Origin: an uncultured Sphingomonadaceae bacterium
GTDB lineage: Bacteria; Pseudomonadota; Alphaproteobacteria; Sphingomonadales; Sphingomonadaceae
Reading direction: 5' to 3'
NCBI GenBank assembly: GCA_964247235.1
Contig: CAXTTJ010000005.1
Span: forward strand, 9,065-73,064
DNA: 64,000 nucleotides
In this document: positions 40,896-50,399 of the stretch, in pieces
Numbering within the stretch: position 1 is the stretch's first letter
Layout: each line of letters opens with the position of its first letter
Made by a program: the position numbers and the translations under genes
The notes under the pieces: generated by a model
Told to the model about the DNA's origin: nothing
What the model saw: only the letters and a program-made list of their open reading frames with translations
Database searches by the model: none

Positions 40896-43800
40896 ATGCG
40901 TTTTGGGGTTAACCATCTGAAGGCCATCATGGCCCCCCTTGCCGCCCTGCTTGCAGTGGCGGCATTGCCCGTTCATGCCCAGACGATCAGCAACACTGCG
41001 ACGATCGCATGGCAGGTCGGTGCCACCACGCTGGTCAAGGATTCGAACAAGGTCGACCTTGTCGTCGAACGTCCGCCGACCACATTGTCATTGTCGACAT
41101 TCCAGTTTTCGGGCGATGCCGGCGCAACCCTGCTCCCTGTGCCGACCACGATCTGTCGCGGCAGCGGCGGGGACGTGCCCGTCATTCTTGAAGGCGCATT
41201 CGCCAACACCCGCCGCGACCCCGCCAGTGTCGAGCAGACAGACCAGATCCGTGCCGGTGAACCACTTGTCGTCGGCATCACATCAGCGGCTGACAATATC
41301 CGCGCCGACGCCGTTGATTTTCTTTCCGTCACGCTGACGACGCCGACCGGCGACGCCGAAACCCTGATCTTGCAGGAAACTGGCGCCAATACGAACCTGT
41401 TTGTTGGCGTAATTCGTACCGCTGCGGTTCCTCCTGAGGCTGTCAAGGGTGATTGCCAGTTGTCGCTGCACCCCGGCGACAACCTGACACTCGCCACGAC
41501 GCGCGTGCAGGACGGAACCTCGATCGCCAGCACACCCATCGACGTCCTCATCGACCCCTATGGCGTCGTTTTCGACAGTGCGGACGGCAAGCCGGTCGGC
41601 GGCGTGCGCGTGACATTGGTCGACGATGCCACTGGCCTGCCCGCCACGATATTCGGTGATGACGCGATTTCGAGCTTTCCGTCGACGATCACGACCGACG
41701 GCCTGCCCATCACCGACGCGAGCGGTACGGTCTATCGCTTTCCGGTCGGAGATTATCGCTTTCCCTTTGTCAGGCCCGGGCGATACCGGCTTTTGGTCCA
41801 GCCCCCGACGCCCTACACTGCACCGTCGCTTTCGTCACCGGCCGAACTGGCCGGTTTGCTGCGTCCTGACGGTTTGCCCTTCACGCTGATCGCCGGGTCT
41901 TACGGACAGCCATTTGTCGTCAATGATCCTGCGCCGGTGCGTGTCGATGTGCCCGTCGACAAGCCCGGTGCGGCACTGCAACTGCGCAAGACCGCGTCGT
42001 CGGCGGTGGCGGTCCCCGGCGATGCCGTGCAGTACCGCATCGTCGTGACCAATGGCGACGCCCTTCGCGCAACCGGAATCGTGACCGTGACGGATCATTT
42101 GCCCGCGACCATGCGCCTGAAATTGAATTCGGTTCGCTATAATGGAACAATACAATCCTATTCGGTTAGTAGCGACGGTCATGACCTGACAATTACCTTG
42201 CCACCGCTGGCTGCCCGCGCATCTGGTACGGTCACCTATCTTCTCGAAGTGCGTCCCGACGCACCTGCCGGGCAGACCATGAACCGGGCACAGGCGCGCG
42301 ACAGCCGGGGCACGGTCAGCGCGGTCGCAGACGCCATGGTCCGCATCGCCCGTGACACGCTGGGTGACCGGATGACGATCATCGGCCGCATCACTGATGG
42401 CGGTTGCACGGTCGATCCCGACAGCGCGAACGGCATCGGCGGTGTCCGGGTCATGCTCGAAGATGGCAGCTATGCCGTCACCGATCCCGATGGACGCTAT
42501 CATTTCGAAGGGGTCCTGCCCGGCACCCATGTCGTCCAGATGGACCCGTCGACACTGGGGCCGAGCCTGATCCCCGCCAATTGCACGCTGAATGCGCGCG
42601 CGGGTGGCAGCCCGATCTCGCGCTTTGTCGAGGGACAGGGCGGTGCGCTGATCCGTGTCGATTTCCGGGCACAGGCGGGCGTCAACCCGGCGCTGGGTGC
42701 GGCAAAGGCCCCTGCCCGTCCCAAACCCGCTGGCGAGGCCGCAGCGGCCGGTGCGGACCGCGACTGGTTCGACGGGCAGACCCCCGGTGTCGCCTGGCTG
42801 TTTCCGGCACCCGATCATAATCCGCGGACAAAGGCGGTGCGCGTCGTAATCAAGCATCTGCCCGGTCAGACCGTCACCCTGTTCTCGAACGGCAAAGCTG
42901 TCAGCCCGCTCACGCTCGACGGGACGCGCAAGAATGGCGATGGCAGCATTGCCGTGACAGTGTGGCGCTCGCTCGACCTTGGCGATCATGACACGCGGTT
43001 CACCGCCGAAGTGCGCGATGCCAATGGCGTCGTTGTCGACCGGCTCGACCGCACCGTGCACTATGCCTCGAACCCGATGAATGCCGCGCTTGTCCGGGAA
43101 AAATCGGTGCTGATCGCAGACGGCGTGACGCGCCCTGTCATTGCCGTGCGCCTGACTGATCGTGACGGCCACCCCGTGCACCACGGCCTGGTCGGTGACT
43201 TCGCAGTCCCCGCTCCCTATTTCCCCGCTGTCGAAGCCGATGCACAGGCCGCGCGCCAGCTCGCCGGTCTGGAACGTGCCCGCCCCGTCTGGCATGTGGA
43301 GGGCGAAGACGGCATTGCCTATATCGAACTCGAACCGACCACAGCGTCGGGGGCCTTGTCGATCACCCTGCCGTTCCGCGACGGCCAGGTGGCCCGCACG
43401 CAGCGCATCGACAGCTGGCTCGAACCCGGCAATCGCCCATGGACCGTCGTCGGCTTTGCGGCGGGCACTGTCGGTTTCAATACACTCAAGGGTCGGCTTG
43501 AAGGGGTTGGCGCGAACGGCAGCCACTGGCTGACCGACGGCCGCATCGCGCTGTATGCCAAGGGCCGGCTCAAGGGCAAATGGCTGCTGACTCTTGCTTA
43601 CGACAGCGACAAGCGTCAGGACGAAAGCCGTTTCGGTGGCGTCATTGATCCGCAAAGCTATTACACAATCTATGCCGATCGCAGCGAACGCCGCTACGAT
43701 GCCGCATCGGTCCGCAAACTTTATGTCCGGCTGGAACGCCCGCAATTCTATGCCCTGTTCGGCGATTTTGAAACCGGCATGGTCGAACCGCAACTGACGC

Positions 43801-45983
43801 GTTATGTGCGCAGTTTCAACGGCGTGAAGGCGCAATATCGCAACGAACATGTTGCCGCGACTGCATTTGCCGCCGACACGCCCTACCGCCACCGTCGTGA
43901 AGAAATCCAGGGCAACGGCCTGACCGGTCCCTATCAGCTTGGTGCGCGTGACATCCTGCCCAACAGCGAGCGCATCACGATTGAAATCCGTGACCGGCTG
44001 CGTTCGAACCGGATTGTCGAAACCCGTGCGCTGACCCGCCATATCGATTATGACATCGATTATGTCGCGGGCACGTTGCGGTTTCGCGATCCCGTGCTCA
44101 GCCGCTCTTCGCTGCTCGACCCGCAGGTCATCATTGTCGATTATGAAGTCGACGGCATCGGTCAGCGCGTCACCAACGCCGGCGGGCGCGCCACCTGGAC
44201 CAACAGCGCCAAGACACTTGTTGTCGGCGCCAGTGCGATCCACGACGAAAGCGATGCCGCCAGAACCAATGTCGGCGGCGTCGACATGCGCTACACACCC
44301 AATGCCCAGACCGAAGTCCGCGCCGAATTCGCACACAGCACCGCCAGTGCACGCAGCGGCGCAATCGCACCGACGACAGGTGACGCCAGCGCCAGCGCCT
44401 GGCTGGTCGAAGCCGAACATCACGGCCCCAAATATGATATTCTCGCCTATGCCCGCGAACAGCAGTCCGGGTTCGGGGTGGGTCAGCTCAACACGTCGGA
44501 AACCGGCACGCGCAAATATGGGTTTGACGGGCGGCTTCGCTTTGGTCCGGACCTGTCGCTTGTCGGCAGCGCGTGGCAGGAAGATTATCTGGCCAGCATC
44601 GCGCGGCGCCAGGCCGGGCAGGCGCGCATCGAATACCGGGCAAAAGGTGTTGACCTGCGCGCCGGGATCACATTTGCCAATGACCGTCTGGCCGATGGCC
44701 GCACGGCCCAGTCGCGCATTGCCCAGCTTGGCGCGACCAGACGTTTCATGGACAACCGGCTCGAACTCGACGCCCAGACCGAATTCGCAATCGGCGGCAA
44801 GGACGAAAGCATCGACGTGCCTGCCCGTCACCGTGCCAGCGCGCGCTTTGCCGTGACGCCTGCCGTCGCCATTGTCGGCAGTTATGAAATCGCCAAGGGC
44901 CAGACCATCGACGCCCGCACCGCACGGGTCGGCTTTGACGTGAAGCCATGGGCCGGGGGCCACATCGTCACCAGCCTCAATCAGCAAAGCATCGCCGAAT
45001 ATGGCCCGCGCAGCTTTGCGGCGTACGGCCTGTCGCAATCGCTGCCGATCGGCAAGCGCTGGACTGTCGATGTCACGCTCGACGGCAACAAGACTCTGAA
45101 CGGCATTGATCGCACCCGGGTGCTGACCACGGCCCAGCCGGTCAGCTCGGGCGGCTTCATCGGCAGCGACGGCACGCTGACCGAAGATTTCACGGCTGTC
45201 ACCGCCGGGGCCAGCTATCGCGGTGACCGCTGGAGCCTTGCTGGCCGCATCGAGGCACGTGCCGGAAACCGGACTGATCGCTATGGCCTCAACCTGTCCG
45301 TCCTGCGCCAGCTTGGCGAGGGTCAGGCCTTTGGCGGCGCCTTCGGCTGGTTCCGCGCCAATGAAGCCGCTGGCCAGACATCGGAATCGACATCGCTTGC
45401 CCTGAGCTGGGCCAATCGCCCGGACGACAGCCGCTGGGCCTGGCTCGAAAAGCTTGAGCTGCGCCGCGATGCCGTCACCAACGCCGTTACGGGACTGCCC
45501 GGCGCCATTGGTGGCGCGCCGTCGCTCGTCACGGGCAACGCCAGTGCGTCACGCATCATCAACAGTATCAGTGTCAACTGGTCCCCCGTCACCAAAGCCG
45601 AAGGACGTTACCTCGGGCGCAGCGAAGTCTCGCTGTTCTGGGGCAGCCGCTACACGTCGGACCGGATCGACCGGGACGACCTGTCGGGCTGGTCGAACGT
45701 CGTGGGTGCAGACATCCGCTTTGACCTGGGCGAAACAGTGGATATCGGCCTCGCCGGCACCGTGCGCGAAAGCACGGGTGGCCGCGCCATCAGCTATTCG
45801 GGTGGCCCCTCGATCAGCCTGTCACCGTTCGAAAACAGCTATATCACCGTGGGCTACAACGTCGTCGGTTTCAACGACCGCGACTATGGCGATACCCGCT
45901 ACACACGCAGCGGCCCCTATCTGACGCTCCGCCTGAAATTCGACCAGAATTCACTCGGCGCACTGGGCCTCGGACGCCGGTAA
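40896..45983 (+). CDS. 1695-aa exported protein: Ig-like/DUF11/SdrD-B-like domains plus a large C-terminal beta-barrel-like region
   Basis: Signal peptide; LRKTA..VPGDAVQYRIVVTN..VTDHLP; GVRVMLEDGSYAVTDPDGRYHF; alternating amphipathic strands in the C-terminal half. Confidence 0.8.
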   Translation: MRFGVNHLKAIMAPLAALLAVAALPVHAQTISNTATIAWQVGATTLVKDSNKVDLVVERPPTTLSLSTFQFSGDAGATLLPVPTTICRGSGGDVPVILEGAFANTRRDPASVEQTDQIRAGEPLVVGITSAADNIRADAVDFLSVTLTTPTGDAETLILQETGANTNLFVGVIRTAAVPPEAVKGDCQLSLHPGDNLTLATTRVQDGTSIASTPIDVLIDPYGVVFDSADGKPVGGVRVTLVDDATGLPATIFGDDAISSFPSTITTDGLPITDASGTVYRFPVGDYRFPFVRPGRYRLLVQPPTPYTAPSLSSPAELAGLLRPDGLPFTLIAGSYGQPFVVNDPAPVRVDVPVDKPGAALQLRKTASSAVAVPGDAVQYRIVVTNGDALRATGIVTVTDHLPATMRLKLNSVRYNGTIQSYSVSSDGHDLTITLPPLAARASGTVTYLLEVRPDAPAGQTMNRAQARDSRGTVSAVADAMVRIARDTLGDRMTIIGRITDGGCTVDPDSANGIGGVRVMLEDGSYAVTDPDGRYHFEGVLPGTHVVQMDPSTLGPSLIPANCTLNARAGGSPISRFVEGQGGALIRVDFRAQAGVNPALGAAKAPARPKPAGEAAAAGADRDWFDGQTPGVAWLFPAPDHNPRTKAVRVVIKHLPGQTVTLFSNGKAVSPLTLDGTRKNGDGSIAVTVWRSLDLGDHDTRFTAEVRDANGVVVDRLDRTVHYASNPMNAALVREKSVLIADGVTRPVIAVRLTDRDGHPVHHGLVGDFAVPAPYFPAVEADAQAARQLAGLERARPVWHVEGEDGIAYIELEPTTASGALSITLPFRDGQVARTQRIDSWLEPGNRPWTVVGFAAGTVGFNTLKGRLEGVGANGSHWLTDGRIALYAKGRLKGKWLLTLAYDSDKRQDESRFGGVIDPQSYYTIYADRSERRYDAASVRKLYVRLERPQFYALFGDFETGMVEPQLTRYVRSFNGVKAQYRNEHVAATAFAADTPYRHRREEIQGNGLTGPYQLGARDILPNSERITIEIRDRLRSNRIVETRALTRHIDYDIDYVAGTLRFRDPVLSRSSLLDPQVIIVDYEVDGIGQRVTNAGGRATWTNSAKTLVVGASAIHDESDAARTNVGGVDMRYTPNAQTEVRAEFAHSTASARSGAIAPTTGDASASAWLVEAEHHGPKYDILAYAREQQSGFGVGQLNTSETGTRKYGFDGRLRFGPDLSLVGSAWQEDYLASIARRQAGQARIEYRAKGVDLRAGITFANDRLADGRTAQSRIAQLGATRRFMDNRLELDAQTEFAIGGKDESIDVPARHRASARFAVTPAVAIVGSYEIAKGQTIDARTARVGFDVKPWAGGHIVTSLNQQSIAEYGPRSFAAYGLSQSLPIGKRWTVDVTLDGNKTLNGIDRTRVLTTAQPVSSGGFIGSDGTLTEDFTAVTAGASYRGDRWSLAGRIEARAGNRTDRYGLNLSVLRQLGEGQAFGGAFGWFRANEAAGQTSESTSLALSWANRPDDSRWAWLEKLELRRDAVTNAVTGLPGAIGGAPSLVTGNASASRIINSISVNWSPVTKAEGRYLGRSEVSLFWGSRYTSDRIDRDDLSGWSNVVGADIRFDLGETVDIGLAGTVRESTGGRAISYSGGPSISLSPFENSYITVGYNVVGFNDRDYGDTRYTRSGPYLTLRLKFDQNSLGALGLGRR

Positions 45984-46034
45984 CGGACCCTATTACGGGG
46001 ACACGATACTTAATTCCGGATATGCGAGACTGAC

Positions 46035-47042
46035 TTAGGTCAAATCGCGAAATCGGGGCGCGCGCGCGGCCTTGAGACCGGAATCGTGACGATCATAGAC
46101 GTTGCGCGCGACCATATGCGGATGCTGCGCGGCATTGGCAGGCGACAAGACGGGCGCAAAGCAGATGTCGGTGCCTTCCATCATCGCGCACCATTCGTCC
46201 TGACTCCGGGTCCTGAAAATAGCAGCAAGGCGCGCCGTGAGCGCAGGCCAGTCCGACCGGTTCATCTGATCGGCAAATGCCGCGTCCCCAGTGAGGCCGA
46301 GCGCATCGAGCAGCAGTGCGTAAAAGTGCGGTTCGAGTGAACCGATCGTCACATATCTGCCGTCACTGCACAGATAACTATTGTACCAATGAGGTCCGTC
46401 AAGCAGGCCCTGACCACGTTCGGCCTCCCTTCCAACCGGCGCGACCGAATGCAGCAGGTTCATCATATGCGCCGAGCCGTCGACGATGGCAGCATCGATG
46501 ACCTGCCCCTGTCCCGTCGCGCGGACATGCAGCAACGCAGAGAGGATCCCGATCATCAGATAAAGCGAACCCCCGCCAATATCCCCGATCAGCGTCGGTG
46601 GGGTAAGCGGTGGCGAACCGGGCTGGCTCGCATACCAGAGGGCACCTGACAAAGCGATATAGTTGATGTCATGACCCGCAGCCTGCGCGAGCGGCCCGTC
46701 CTGTCCCCAGCCCGTCATCCGTCCATAAATAAGCTTCGGGTTCACGGCGGCGACGGCATCGGGTCCGAGACTGAGGCGTTCCATCACGCCGGGGCGCATC
46801 CCCTCGATCAGGACATCGGCCGTGGCGACGTGCGACAGCAATTCGGCACGGCCTGCGTCGCTCTTGAGATCAAGGATGACGATCGTCTTGCCATGCGTCA
46901 TCATGCCATTTTGCGCATTGGCTCCGGGACGCTGCACAAGCGTGACGTCGGCACCCAGTTCGACAAGGAACGCACCGGCGAACGGCGCAGGGCCAAGTCC
47001 CGCGATTTCGATCACTTTGATGCCGCGCAATGGCTCGATCAC
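46035..47042 (-). CDS. CaiB/BaiF family CoA-transferase / alpha-methylacyl-CoA racemase
   Basis: GLGPAPF, LDLKS, EGMRPGVMERL, GHDINY, GDIGGG. Confidence 0.9.
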   Translation of the reverse strand: MIEPLRGIKVIEIAGLGPAPFAGAFLVELGADVTLVQRPGANAQNGMMTHGKTIVILDLKSDAGRAELLSHVATADVLIEGMRPGVMERLSLGPDAVAAVNPKLIYGRMTGWGQDGPLAQAAGHDINYIALSGALWYASQPGSPPLTPPTLIGDIGGGSLYLMIGILSALLHVRATGQGQVIDAAIVDGSAHMMNLLHSVAPVGREAERGQGLLDGPHWYNSYLCSDGRYVTIGSLEPHFYALLLDALGLTGDAAFADQMNRSDWPALTARLAAIFRTRSQDEWCAMMEGTDICFAPVLSPANAAQHPHMVARNVYDRHDSGLKAARAPRFRDLT

Positions 47043-47211
47043 GGGGAACCCCTTTTATAACGAGTCACCGCAAGGCCCGTTGCGCCGTATCGCTAAAGCA
47101 ATCGGGTTCGAAATGCACTGGTCAACATATCGGCCCATCACATGATGGATATACGGTTATTTATAAATAATAAATAATCCCATATCGGCGTTATTATGCG
47201 GCCATGTAACA

Positions 47212-48576
47212 TCAACTTTCGCGGAATGCGCGCCGGAAACTGTCAACGACCGGTTGCATCAGATACTGAAGTAAGGATCGCGACCCAAGGTTGATGAACA
47301 CTTCGGCAGGCATGCCGGAGACGAGCCGGATGTCCTTGAGCTGCCTCAGTTCTTTCACGTCCAGAACAATCTGTGTTTCGTAATAGAGCGTGTTGGTCTT
47401 GTCATCATACGTAGCATCGGGGCTGACTTCACGGACCGTGCCATGCAGCATCGGCATGGTCCGTGCCTTGTACGGAGTCAGCCGGATTTCCGCGGGCAGA
47501 TCCTGATACACGACATCAACGTCATTTGCCTTCAATCGTGCAACGACGACGATTTTTTCGTTCGCAGGGACAATATCGAGGATCGGTTGTCCGGGACCGA
47601 CGACGCCGCCGGGCGTCACCATGCGCAAATTGACGACAGTGCCATCGACCGGGGCCACGATCTGCCGCCGCCTGCTGATATCGCGGCTGACGTTCAGTTT
47701 TTCCACCATGTCAGCAAGACTGGCCTGGACATCGCGCTGTTGCGCTGCGGCGTCGGTGACCATCTGACTGCGCAGAAACGCCATCTGGGCATGGGTTTCG
47801 CCAACGGTATCACGGATCCGGGCCTGATTTCCCATCAGTTGCCCCTGCTGTCCGATCGTCGCCGCCTGCTGCCGCTGCAATGCGAGCAGGCGCGATTTGC
47901 GTTCCAGCCCCTCATCGACCAGCGTCTGGACGCCCCGGGCTTCTTCGTCGAGCAATTTGCTCTGACTGCCAAGCGCCTCGACCTGCGCGCCTGTGCTTGC
48001 CATTTCCGCACTGGACTGGCCGACACGCTGCCGCAGGATCGAGATTTGTTCGCCCATGGCACGACGCCGTGCACGAAAGACGGCATCGGATGCGGCGATG
48101 ATTGATTTCACGCTGTCATCCTTGCCGCGGTTGAGCAGTTCGGACGGATAAGTCACATGCGCACTGCCCGTGCGTTCTGCGGTCAGCCGCGCGTCCTGGG
48201 CAAGGAGCGTGTCATATGTCGTTTGCAGCGCCGTATCGCGTGCGCCGCTGGCCGTATTGTCGAGATAGACCAGCACCTGCCCCGCTTTGACACGCTGGCC
48301 TTCCTTGACGGCGATGCGCTGGATGATGCCGCCTTCGAGATGCTGGACAACTTTGCGGCCGCCGCCGTCGGATCGCAGCACGCCCTGTGCGATTGCCGCG
48401 CTGTTGAGCGGGGCAAAAATGGCCCAGAGACTGAAAAAGCCGACAAACAGACCAAGTGCCCAATAGGCTGTCCGCAAAATATGGTTAACCGCCGGCGCAT
48501 CGGGGAAATGCACGGGCACCACAGCGTTGCGCGGGACATCAATGTCCGTGGGGCGAATAGTGATAGGCGCATTCAT
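47212..48576 (-). CDS. HlyD/PrtE-type T1SS membrane fusion protein
   Basis: TM helix, VQHLEGGII, APVDGTV, SGMPAEVFI, YLMQP. Confidence 0.93.
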   Translation of the reverse strand: MNAPITIRPTDIDVPRNAVVPVHFPDAPAVNHILRTAYWALGLFVGFFSLWAIFAPLNSAAIAQGVLRSDGGGRKVVQHLEGGIIQRIAVKEGQRVKAGQVLVYLDNTASGARDTALQTTYDTLLAQDARLTAERTGSAHVTYPSELLNRGKDDSVKSIIAASDAVFRARRRAMGEQISILRQRVGQSSAEMASTGAQVEALGSQSKLLDEEARGVQTLVDEGLERKSRLLALQRQQAATIGQQGQLMGNQARIRDTVGETHAQMAFLRSQMVTDAAAQQRDVQASLADMVEKLNVSRDISRRRQIVAPVDGTVVNLRMVTPGGVVGPGQPILDIVPANEKIVVVARLKANDVDVVYQDLPAEIRLTPYKARTMPMLHGTVREVSPDATYDDKTNTLYYETQIVLDVKELRQLKDIRLVSGMPAEVFINLGSRSLLQYLMQPVVDSFRRAFRES

Positions 48577-48589
48577 GACTGTCAGTCCC

Positions 48590-50398
48590 TTATTCGGCGG
48601 GGATGGAATGAACGACCGGGCGGCTTTTCCCATTTGCAAGCGGCGGTGGCTGTTTGGATGGAGATTGCGGACGTCGCGGCGGCTGCTGTCCGGCCAGCTG
48701 TGCCATGACGTCGCGCGTCGGCCCGAAGTTCGTGACACGACCTTCCTGCAGGACGACAATCTTGTCAGCCAGGCGCAGCAGATTGGGCCGATGCGAAACA
48801 ACCGCCGTCGTAACCTGCTGCTGCTTGAGCATCCGCAGCGTTTCCATCAGCGCCGCATCGCCGCGATTGTCGAGGCTGGAATTCGGTTCATCGAGGACAA
48901 TGATTTTCGGATTGCCAAACAGCGCCCGCGCCAGGCCGATCCGTTGCCGCTGCCCCCCCGACAGCTGCAAGGCGCCGTCGCCCAGCCGGAATTCATAGCC
49001 ATCTTCAAGCTGCAGGATCATTTCATGACAGTCGGCACGTTTGGCCGCCGCAATAACCTCTGCATCCGTGGCATCGCGGCGGAACCGCGCGATATTCGCC
49101 CGGATCGATCCGGGCAACAGTTCGATATCCTGCGGCAGATACCCGACATGCGGCCCGAAATCCGACCGTTTCCAGTCGAACGTGTCGGCACCGTCCAGCC
49201 GGACATGCCCGCCCGATGGCTTGAGAACACCGACGAGCAGGCGCGACAATGTTGTCTTGCCCGATGCCGACGGGCCGACGATCGCCAGCATTTCACCGGC
49301 AGCGATGTGCAGGCTGACGTTGCGAAGAACCGCTGTCTTCATGCCCGGGGGAACATAGCTGAGCGCCTGAATCGCAAGGGCACCCGTCGGGGCGGGCAAC
49401 GCCATTTCCGATGGCCGCGGGCGTGGCAAGGTCAAGAATTCGGACAGGCGCTGCCAGGCGTGACGCGCCAGCACAAACTGCTTCCAATAGCTGATCGACG
49501 CCTCGATCGGCGCCAGCAGACGTGCGACGATGATCGACCCCGCAATCATGGCGCCACCGGTCAGCTGCAGGTCGAGGATCAGCAGCGCACCAGTGGCGAG
49601 CAATATGATCTGAATGACATAGCGGATGAACTTGCTGGTCGCGAGCACACGGCTGGCCCGTCTCTGCGTTTCATCGACCGCATCGGTTTCTTCAAGATAA
49701 CCGCGCGCCCAATGGTCGACCGTGTCCCCTGCCATGCCCATGGCGTCGATGACTTCGCTGTTGCGGACAAGGCTTTCGGCATATTGCATGTTGGCGCTCG
49801 CCTGCGCCTGATTGGCACGGATTGCGCCGCGCGTCCGCCGTTCGTTGAAAAAGGTAAGTCCGAACAGGGCCCCTGCCCCCACGCCCCCGATCAGTCCGAA
49901 CAATGGGTGCAAAAGAAAAATCACGATGAGGTACAGCGGCACCCACATCATATCGACGACACTGAAAACAGTCGGCGTGGATATGAAATTCTTGACCGTC
50001 GCGAGCTCGCGCAACGCTTCCAGCCGGGTGTTCGGCATCGTCAGGCGCAGTTCGAGCGATCGCGTCAGCAGCCGGGGCCCAAGCTGCTGGGCAACCCAGG
50101 TGCCGACACGATTTGCAACTTGCTGACGCACACCTTCGAGCATCGCGCTCAACGCCACACCCGTCAGCGTTGCCACGGTCAGAAAGAATAATGTGTCCTT
50201 GCTCTGGCTTGTGAGCACACGGTCATAAACCTGCATCATGTAAAGCGACACGGTTAGCGTCATGATGTTGATGATGCCGCTGAAAATGACGAGCTTGCCG
50301 GCCAGCGACCGGTGCGGGGTCAGCATTTCGGTCAGCAGCGAAGGCTGCGGCTGGCCCCGACCGGGGCGAAAGGGTTTTGCAAATGCCATGGGGAACAT
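48590..50398 (-). CDS. PrtD/AprD-type T1SS ABC transporter (no C39 domain)
   Basis: YMMQVYDRV, Walker A GPSASGKT, LSGGQRQRI, LDEPNSSLD. Confidence 0.93.
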   Translation of the reverse strand: MFPMAFAKPFRPGRGQPQPSLLTEMLTPHRSLAGKLVIFSGIINIMTLTVSLYMMQVYDRVLTSQSKDTLFFLTVATLTGVALSAMLEGVRQQVANRVGTWVAQQLGPRLLTRSLELRLTMPNTRLEALRELATVKNFISTPTVFSVVDMMWVPLYLIVIFLLHPLFGLIGGVGAGALFGLTFFNERRTRGAIRANQAQASANMQYAESLVRNSEVIDAMGMAGDTVDHWARGYLEETDAVDETQRRASRVLATSKFIRYVIQIILLATGALLILDLQLTGGAMIAGSIIVARLLAPIEASISYWKQFVLARHAWQRLSEFLTLPRPRPSEMALPAPTGALAIQALSYVPPGMKTAVLRNVSLHIAAGEMLAIVGPSASGKTTLSRLLVGVLKPSGGHVRLDGADTFDWKRSDFGPHVGYLPQDIELLPGSIRANIARFRRDATDAEVIAAAKRADCHEMILQLEDGYEFRLGDGALQLSGGQRQRIGLARALFGNPKIIVLDEPNSSLDNRGDAALMETLRMLKQQQVTTAVVSHRPNLLRLADKIVVLQEGRVTNFGPTRDVMAQLAGQQPPRRPQSPSKQPPPLANGKSRPVVHSIPAE

Positions 50399-50399
50399 C

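Noticed and set aside
41835-45038. 1067-aa minus-strand ORF
   Set aside because: Antisense shadow of the platform gene, caused by GC codon bias; no motifs.
48527-50191. 554-aa plus-strand ORF and other long overlapping ORFs across nuo, tkt and xylA
   Set aside because: Antisense or alternate-frame shadows of well-supported genes.
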